A stretch of DNA of 64,000 nucleotides from an uncultured virus (IMG/VR IMGVR_UViG_3300025087_000055) (lineage: Duplodnaviria > Heunggongvirae > Uroviricota > Caudoviricetes), in the IMG/VR virus record IMGVR_UViG_3300025087_000055. One strand, 5' to 3'. Below, piece after piece: positions 57,440 through 64,000 of the stretch. The position numbers and the translations under genes were made by a program. The notes below the pieces were generated by a model. That model saw only the letters and a list, made by a program, of their open reading frames with translations. It did not search any database and had not been told where the DNA came from. Position 1 is the first letter of the stretch; every line of letters begins with the position of its first letter.

Positions 57440-60366
57440 AGTTTATCTCCTACGTTTACCTCATCAATTCTGTACCTATTTTGAATATCAAAACCTATAT
57501 TGTACATATTCTTTTTATATCTATAAGTTATGTCATTAAGAAGTCTGATTTTACTTTCTCCGCTTATCTTATCAAGCACATAGTCTATAACTCTTGTAAA
57601 GTAATAGTTCTCATCATCTTTTGCAGGGTCAAACAAGTTATAAGTTAATATCAGTTTCATCTCTCCAAAATGTTTGGCAAATAGAATATCTAAATCTTTC
57701 ATATAGTAAGAAAATGCTCCGCAATAATCAAGCCATATAAAGTCAAATTTCTCTTCTGAATCTATTAGATACTGTAAAGCAGATGTATTAATACATTCTA
57801 TATTTAGAGTCGTCTTATAGTTTCTTAATTCTTCTGCAAGTCTTTTAAACTCTAAATGATTTGGAATCACTATCTTTCTTGGTTTTATACCTTTCTTTTC
57901 TATCTCTTTCAAAGCAGACAAATCGGGACTTTCTAATAATAAAACATTATCCCCATCTTTAATCTTTGATATTATCTTGTCTCTAATGTCCATTTTGTCT
58001 TCTTTAGATTTAAATTGTTCCTTATGCAATCCCTCATAAGTTTTACCTTTGCCTTTTTGCTTTTGTTTGGTTGGAATAATTAAAGTTTTAGGTGTATATT
58101 TAGTTATTATATTTATATTATTAGCTGGGGATTCTACACCCATTCTTATTCTGATGCTCTTGCTTTTGATTAATTCCCTAATGGATTTATATGAAAAATT
58201 ACTTCTCTTAGAAAGATTATGCAATGATGTGCCTTTAAGATATTGTTTTATTAAATACTCCTTTTTAGATTCTGGAATAAAGTGATATTTCTCACTAGCA
58301 ATCGTTGAACAAGATTTAATTGGTATATCTTTAGAAATAAATAACTCTTTAATTAAGTCCTTATTCGTATCTAATTCTTTTGCTACACCACTAAGAGACA
58401 TTCCTTTTTTTCTATAAATCTCTTTTGCAAGAGGAAAAATAGATTCTAACCGATTTATCTTTTTTATGTGTTGCCATTTATATTGACATTGTCTAGAGCA
58501 AGTTATCCATTCCTTATAAGAAGGTCTATCAAAACTCATTCCGCAAACTTTACAAATAAATGTTTTATGTTTTTTAGCATCCTTGACACTATATCTCTCA
58601 CCAAAAAAATCAGTCATTAAATCTATCCATTTCTTTCCGAATCTTTCTTCGTATAAACTATAACTTGCTTTTTCTAAATCAGTTGTTCTAGGAATCCTGC
58701 CTTTTTTGTTTTTTAACTCAAACAGATGTTCCATAAGCTCTTTATCATTATATCTCCTCTGGAATTTTTCATTATTCTCTTTCAGAAAATTATTAAACGA
58801 GCCATATAATTTTTCATACCACCATAAACCATATCTGCCATTCTTGCGATTAATATCTAAACTATTTGGCTTTCTATTAATTCTTTTCTTAATCTCAAAG
58901 TATTGTTTAATTAGCAAATCCTTAGTTGGGGGGTGCTTTTCCATAGTACCAATACCTTTTAATATTTTTATTCCATATTGATTCATTCTACCATATATTG
59001 TGTCTACCCCGCACCCAAATATTCGTGCAATTTCTTTGCAAGACCTTTTTTCAACGTGATGTAATCTTATTAAATCTTCAGATGTTATATTAATTTTTTC
59101 TCCATTCATTTGTCTGTTAAATTCATTAATTACTCTTTCTTCAAACTCTACTTCACATCCTATTGGAAGCTGAACTATTTCTCTTATGTCTCTTGCTTTA
59201 TTACTTGATTTAGTTATTTGTTTTCCTTGATAAATATAATTCTCAAATCCCTTGTTATAGTTTCCAACAAAATCTATAATCAATAACTTATCGTAATTAC
59301 TGATATTTTTTAATCCTTCTATATTGTATAGTCCTCTTCCATTATGTTGATTGTCTTTTATCTTAGACATAGTGGGTCTTAATTTCAGTACAACATCTAC
59401 TGATGGAAGATGTAATCCTTCTCCAATAATCTCACAATTAAATAACATTTGATATTCTCCATTACTAAAATCTTCTAAAATTTTATTTCTCTTTTCTTCT
59501 TTCATTGTTCTTCCTTTCTTTGAACCTCCCCATATAGCCACAGACCTTATTCCATTTTCGTTAAATAATTGAGCCATTCTTATTGCTTCATCTACACTAA
59601 CACAAAATCCAATTCCTTTTCTATTTTGTGCTTTTTCTTTAAATTCTTTAATTATAGCCTCATCTCTTTCCGATACAAAATATGCTTTTCCAAGTTCTTT
59701 TACATCATATTTACAATGCCCTTCTTTTGTTCTATAAGATTTAATCTCATCATAATTACACCATTTATCCCAAAGAAATAGATATTTAAATGGTCTTAAC
59801 CATCCTCTATTAATTGCCTCGTAGGCATCTATATTGACTATTATCTTATTATCATATAATGGCATGATGTCTATCTGGTCTGTTCTATTAGGTGTTGCAG
59901 TCATACCTAACAAAAACTTCGGTTTGAAATATTCAAATATTCTCTTATATGAAACTGCCCCAGCATGATGTGTTTCATCAATTATAATATAATCAAATTC
60001 TTCAGGTCTAAAAGAAGATAAATATTTCTTTTGTCTAATAGTCATAATGTTTGCAAATAAAACTTCTGCTCCAACTTCTTTTTTAGATTTATATAAAAAC
60101 CCTATTTTTTTTGTTTGATTCAATAATTTAAAGTCTTTAGCGTGTTGATATAGAAGATTATGATTATGAGCTAAAACAAGTATCTTTCCTTTATCTCCTG
60201 CAACTCTTAAAGCATCTGACAGTGAAGCTAATGTTTTGCCTAACCCTGTGGCAAATATTAATAATCCTTTTGTATTGCCTTGTTTTCTGCTTTCTTCTAC
60301 TTTATCTAAAAATAGTCTTTGAGCAGTTCTTAACTCTAATTTTGGTTGTTCCAATATCTGTTCCAT
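57436..60366 (-). CDS. SF2 (ResIII/DEAH-type) helicase fused to HTH/homing-endonuclease-associated repeats, a Zn finger and a C-terminal SAM-MTase-like domain
   Basis: ATGLGKT, DETHH, TATP, GEGLHLP and QHNGRG motifs; two YxxxF/YG repeats; VLLLES...FDFIWLDYCG at the C-terminus. Confidence 0.8.
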   Translation of the reverse strand: MEQILEQPKLELRTAQRLFLDKVEESRKQGNTKGLLIFATGLGKTLASLSDALRVAGDKGKILVLAHNHNLLYQHAKDFKLLNQTKKIGFLYKSKKEVGAEVLFANIMTIRQKKYLSSFRPEEFDYIIIDETHHAGAVSYKRIFEYFKPKFLLGMTATPNRTDQIDIMPLYDNKIIVNIDAYEAINRGWLRPFKYLFLWDKWCNYDEIKSYRTKEGHCKYDVKELGKAYFVSERDEAIIKEFKEKAQNRKGIGFCVSVDEAIRMAQLFNENGIRSVAIWGGSKKGRTMKEEKRNKILEDFSNGEYQMLFNCEIIGEGLHLPSVDVVLKLRPTMSKIKDNQHNGRGLYNIEGLKNISNYDKLLIIDFVGNYNKGFENYIYQGKQITKSSNKARDIREIVQLPIGCEVEFEERVINEFNRQMNGEKINITSEDLIRLHHVEKRSCKEIARIFGCGVDTIYGRMNQYGIKILKGIGTMEKHPPTKDLLIKQYFEIKKRINRKPNSLDINRKNGRYGLWWYEKLYGSFNNFLKENNEKFQRRYNDKELMEHLFELKNKKGRIPRTTDLEKASYSLYEERFGKKWIDLMTDFFGERYSVKDAKKHKTFICKVCGMSFDRPSYKEWITCSRQCQYKWQHIKKINRLESIFPLAKEIYRKKGMSLSGVAKELDTNKDLIKELFISKDIPIKSCSTIASEKYHFIPESKKEYLIKQYLKGTSLHNLSKRSNFSYKSIRELIKSKSIRIRMGVESPANNINIITKYTPKTLIIPTKQKQKGKGKTYEGLHKEQFKSKEDKMDIRDKIISKIKDGDNVLLLESPDLSALKEIEKKGIKPRKIVIPNHLEFKRLAEELRNYKTTLNIECINTSALQYLIDSEEKFDFIWLDYCGAFSYYMKDLDILFAKHFGEMKLILTYNLFDPAKDDENYYFTRVIDYVLDKISGESKIRLLNDITYRYKKNMYNIGFDIQNRYRIDEVNVGDKL

Positions 60367-60367
60367 G

Positions 60368-60514
60368 TTATAAACTACCTCTCGTTTCCCAAGCTAACTT
60401 CCCAGCACAATGTTGGTCACAAGTTTTAGCTTTATCACTTCTCTTCTCTTTTATATGGCACACCATGCAAAGTCCAAGTTTGCGGGTTTTCCACGCTTTT
60501 TGTTGAGCATTCAT
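60368..60514 (-). CDS. 48-aa Zn-finger peptide (below cutoff)
   Basis: CMVC...CDQHC; ATGA overlap with the upstream gene. Confidence 0.5.
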   Translation of the reverse strand: MNAQQKAWKTRKLGLCMVCHIKEKRSDKAKTCDQHCAGKLAWETRGSL

Positions 60515-60660
60515 TTAAGTTCCTTGAATGATTTAGTTTTAAAGAATTTCTCTGATAATATTTTTAGTACGGACTCTTGAAGATTTTTTAAATCATAATC
60601 TATCTTATACCTCTTTAACTCCTTGTTTAATTCTTCTGGAATATCTAATTGTATTTGCAT
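60511..60660 (-). CDS. 49-aa RHH-like regulator heading the helicase operon (below cutoff)
   Basis: MQIQLDIPEELNKELKRYK...LQESVLKILSE; TATA at 60682-60689. Confidence 0.6.
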   Translation of the reverse strand: MQIQLDIPEELNKELKRYKIDYDLKNLQESVLKILSEKFFKTKSFKELK

Positions 60661-60694
60661 AATATATCTAAATATAGGAAGTATTTAAATGTTT

Positions 60695-61057
60695 CTAAAA
60701 AGGAAATCCTGCCGATGGTCTACAAACACCTGATGAAGGATTATCTTTTGTTCCGCTTTCAGCTAAAAACGATTCTGAACATTCTCCTGCACCTCTGTTA
60801 CACTTTGGATTAATACAAACATACTGGTCTGGGCAATTACTTGCTCTATTTGGATAACTAGCTCCGTTTTGATATTCATACCAATTACCATATTGTTTAA
60901 TCCAAGACTCTTTTTCTTCTATACTCTGGAAAGTATATGTTTGACATTTCTGCGGAAAGATATAATCTTTAAACAATGTAAAAGATAATAAAGCAAAGAT
61001 TATTAAGACCCAGAACCACCATTTTTTAAATATGGAATGATTTTTAGTCATCTTCAA
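60695..61057 (-). CDS. N-anchored Cys-rich protein
   Basis: KKWWFWV TM; six Cys. Confidence 0.7.
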   Translation of the reverse strand: MKMTKNHSIFKKWWFWVLIIFALLSFTLFKDYIFPQKCQTYTFQSIEEKESWIKQYGNWYEYQNGASYPNRASNCPDQYVCINPKCNRGAGECSESFLAESGTKDNPSSGVCRPSAGFPF

Positions 61058-61707
61058 TCAGCAGTAGCTGGACAATCATAATATCGGTCTATATAATTTT
61101 TAATTGTTTCTTCATTATTTTGAAGTCTTGCATCAATTATAATTCCTTTGTTTTCTTCGTTACATATAAAACTCCTCTTGTCTTTAGGAACATGATAATA
61201 AATTACTCCCTTATAATATCTGTTCTCCACTTCTATATTTAGCTCTTCGTAAGAATTAAGATTGTCTAAGCAATCCTTTGGTAAAGATGGTGAATTTCCT
61301 GTCCCTGTAAGAATTATATCTTTTATCAATAAATTTGAATATGGGGGGTCTGATAGTTCCCAAGCTAACACTCCACAATCAATAGCTAACTTCGTTCCAT
61401 CTATCCTTGTTGAATATCTACAAATATACTCCACTCCAGATTTAGACTTAAACTCCCCTAATCCTTGAACTTCATTTAGATTATAATTTTCTATGAATTT
61501 AGGCTCGACATTCTGGCAAGACGGATTCCCACCAGTAGCGTAACACTTACCTTCCGAACATACAGCAGGATAACCTAAATTTTGACATTGAGAATTTGAA
61601 GAACAGGATTTATTATTCCCAGAAAAAAGTCCAAACCCACCACCAATAATAACGATAGCAACAATCGCACCAATAACCCAATAAAGAGCATTAGATTTCT
61701 TTGCCAT
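61054..61707 (-). CDS. N-anchored Cys-rich protein
   Basis: TM + CSSNSQC...C...C module. Confidence 0.7.
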   Translation of the reverse strand: MAKKSNALYWVIGAIVAIVIIGGGFGLFSGNNKSCSSNSQCQNLGYPAVCSEGKCYATGGNPSCQNVEPKFIENYNLNEVQGLGEFKSKSGVEYICRYSTRIDGTKLAIDCGVLAWELSDPPYSNLLIKDIILTGTGNSPSLPKDCLDNLNSYEELNIEVENRYYKGVIYYHVPKDKRSFICNEENKGIIIDARLQNNEETIKNYIDRYYDCPATAD

Positions 61708-61757
61708 ACTTTTAGAAGATTTGCTCCTTTTTATATCTTTCTTTTTTGAATTTTACT

Positions 61758-62459
61758 TCAATTTTTATCATGTTCGTTTACCTTACCTAAGACGCACTGA
61801 TTTAGTTGCTGATTTGCAATTTCAACATATTCCTTACTTAATTCATATCCAATATATTTTCTATTATTTCTTCTTGAAGCAAGAGCAGTAGTTCCACAAC
61901 CTATGAACGGGTCTAAAATAGTATCTCCTTCTTTGGTAGAGTTTTTAACAAATATCTCAATTAACTCTAAAGGTTTTTGATGAGGATGCAATTTGTTTTC
62001 TCTCTTTGCTTTTATCACATTAGCAACATTCCTTAAATTAAATGTATTTGGTAATCCCTTAGAGAAAACTAGAATGTATTCTGATTGAGAACGATAACCT
62101 GCTCCAGTTCCAAAATGCCCTTTGTCCCAACATATAATATTTACTAATTTCCAACTTGCTAATTCTAAAGTATCCATCATGTTTCTCAGTTGTTTCCAAT
62201 CAGTAAAACAATATAGATGGCTTCCTTTTTTAGCAACCCTATATAACTCTCTAAAAATTGGTTTAATAAATAATAAAAATGCTCTTTCACTCATATCGTC
62301 ATATTCTATATGATGTTCATCCTGACTAAATCTTCCATCACCTCTACTTTTGGATTGAAGACCAGAATATGGGGGGTCAGTAATTATGCAATCTATACTT
62401 TCATCTTGAAGGTTAGGCAGGTGTTCTCTACAATCACCTTGTAAAATGTTACTTTCCAT
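61758..62459 (-). CDS. N6-adenine/N4-cytosine DNA methyltransferase (beta class)
   Basis: ITDPPY precedes HPHQKP and DPFIGCGTT. Confidence 0.92.
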   Translation of the reverse strand: MESNILQGDCREHLPNLQDESIDCIITDPPYSGLQSKSRGDGRFSQDEHHIEYDDMSERAFLLFIKPIFRELYRVAKKGSHLYCFTDWKQLRNMMDTLELASWKLVNIICWDKGHFGTGAGYRSQSEYILVFSKGLPNTFNLRNVANVIKAKRENKLHPHQKPLELIEIFVKNSTKEGDTILDPFIGCGTTALASRRNNRKYIGYELSKEYVEIANQQLNQCVLGKVNEHDKN

Positions 62460-62763
62460 TGATTAATCCCCCCCTAATTTTAAGAGTTCCAAGTTTAATC
62501 AATAACAAAAAGGTTAATTCTATTGTTAGGATTATTCCACAAGTAGCCAGTATCGTTAAATTATCCATTTTTATTCTCCATTACTTGTTCCTTATCTATC
62601 ATGGGTCTTGAATTGTGCCAGTGAATATCCTGACAAACCCCCCAAGGTATTTTATATGTTCTAAATTATAAATTAAGGATTCCCATCTATTTAATTGCAA
62701 ATATCTCTTTCCTTTTCTTTTAATTATCTTACTCATTGTTCGGAAACCTCATCAAAAACGTAA

Positions 62764-63462
62764 TTACTTCCCAATTTCATTCGCTTCAATGTCCTCCCAT
62801 GTTGGTTCTTTTGCGTAATCCTTATCAAGTTCTTTCTTAATTGAATCTTTATTTGATAGTTCTTTGCTCTGAGACTTGCACTCATCACATAAATGAAACT
62901 TGTGGTCTCCACAATAATACATATGACTTCCATCTTCTTTAAACTTTATAGACTTCCCACATCCTTTTGTATTAGTGTCAGGGCTACCATCCGAATCGAA
63001 CGGAACATTCTTTGAGGAGATACCTTCTCCTTCACGGGTAGCCTGACTATTATTTTGGGATGCGTTCTCTAAATCTACAAAACCACTTTCTTTTAATACT
63101 ATCTCACCTGCTTTCTTTACCTTATTTAGTAATGTTATTTCTTTGCTCTGCTTTAAGCTCTTACACTTTCCGCATGTTCCAGAAGGTATTAAAGTATGTG
63201 TCATAGAATGACAATTTTGACAAAGACTTGTTTCTGAGGAGTCAAAGGTTTCTTTGCTCTGTTTCTTGCACTCTAAACAATCTTCCGTTACTTCGGTATG
63301 TTTAGTAAGAGTTTTGCACTTGTTACAATATTTCAAGATATTATCATGATTATGTTGTAATATTTTCGTGTTAATGTTGCTCTGAATATTATTTTGACTG
63401 CTCTTCCATCTAATTGTAATCTCACAATTGCATTGTGGGCAAGTTATAAATCCGTCTGTCAT
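62764..63462 (-). CDS. Multi-CxxC Zn-finger protein
   Basis: Several CxxC pairs and repeated KQSKE. Confidence 0.6.
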   Translation of the reverse strand: MTDGFITCPQCNCEITIRWKSSQNNIQSNINTKILQHNHDNILKYCNKCKTLTKHTEVTEDCLECKKQSKETFDSSETSLCQNCHSMTHTLIPSGTCGKCKSLKQSKEITLLNKVKKAGEIVLKESGFVDLENASQNNSQATREGEGISSKNVPFDSDGSPDTNTKGCGKSIKFKEDGSHMYYCGDHKFHLCDECKSQSKELSNKDSIKKELDKDYAKEPTWEDIEANEIGK

Positions 63463-64000
63463 TGTTTATTCTCCATCCCTACTATAATTGGAATTTTCCC
63501 ACCAAGAGTTATTCGATGTTGAATATTATGACAATCTTTGCATAAAGTATTAAAGTCCTTTTTTTGTAAGGGTAATCTATATCTCCAATGATGCCATTCT
63601 AAATTATTCTTAGAACCACATATCTCACAAGTTGGTGTTTTTTTGAATAATCTTAGTGTATTTGCATTGACAGATAATTTAAATTTATTCTCAGCATTGA
63701 GTAACTTATACTTTCTGGGATGCTTTTTAGCATAGTTCCTACCATAAGACTGAGTTCTTTCTTTAATTTCTGGTTTATTATTATGTATCCTTTGTTTTGT
63801 TAATACACTTATTTTATTATTCTGATAATACTCTTTTCCCTGTTTACTAATATGGTCTTTATGATTCTCTCTCCATCCCTTTTTATATACAAGATAATGC
63901 TCTCTATTTCTTAGATACCTTGCTTTAGCTACAATTTTTATCTTTTCTTTGTTCTTCTGTCTATATTCTTTCAAACTTTGCCTTTTAGATTCAGTTAGTA
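63459..64000 (-). CDS. HNH endonuclease (5' end may lie outside the window)
   Basis: CEICG...LEWHH...LCKDCHNIQH. Confidence 0.75.
   Translation of the reverse strand, partial: LTESKRQSLKEYRQKNKEKIKIVAKARYLRNREHYLVYKKGWRENHKDHISKQGKEYYQNNKISVLTKQRIHNNKPEIKERTQSYGRNYAKKHPRKYKLLNAENKFKLSVNANTLRLFKKTPTCEICGSKNNLEWHHWRYRLPLQKKDFNTLCKDCHNIQHRITLGGKIPIIVGMENKQ

Noticed and set aside
20961..62313. Other plus-strand track ORFs overlapping minus-strand genes (e.g. 21771, 29637, 33035, 43580, 49733, 58706) and minus ORFs 53147 and 53169
   Set aside because: Shadow ORFs opposite better-supported genes.
1..64000. tRNA, rRNA, integrase, terminase, portal or HK97 capsid genes
   Set aside because: None recognisable by eye; absence needs tRNAscan and HMM confirmation.

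Overview
AT-rich, gene-dense 64 kb segment, almost all on the minus strand. I recognise no housekeeping genes, rRNA, tRNA or CRISPR array. Archaeal TATA-box promoters (TTTAAATA/TTTATAAA 20-30 nt before mostly leaderless ATGs), NxS/T-rich surface proteins, dozens of tiny ORFs, DNA methyltransferases, an RNA ligase, a Cas4-like nuclease, an MCM-like ATPase, an LSm protein and five free-standing endonucleases point to a large archaeal virus or virus-like element. A DPANN (Pace-/Woesearchaeota-type) host is plausible but inferred. Layout: (i) 1-20.3 kb, two giant surface proteins, a >2048-aa ORF absent from the ORF track and a 4703-aa Ig/LamG protein; (ii) 20.3-42 kb, a block of membrane-anchored and secreted proteins with a Zn-dependent phospholipase C-like enzyme and a CPBP intramembrane protease, but no recognisable HK97 capsid, portal or terminase; (iii) 42-64 kb, replication, modification and accessory genes, including a diadenylate cyclase, a tnpB-only IS and an SF2 helicase fused to an MTase-like domain. 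Non-coding structure read from the sequence: a 17-bp palindrome CTATCA-N5-TGATAG exactly 6 nt upstream of five TATA boxes (candidate activator regulon), a second operator-like repeat of up to 36 bp, a 26-bp inverted repeat bracketing an oppositely oriented gene, and an IS insertion that splits a TATA box. Family calls are from motif recognition by eye, not database searches.
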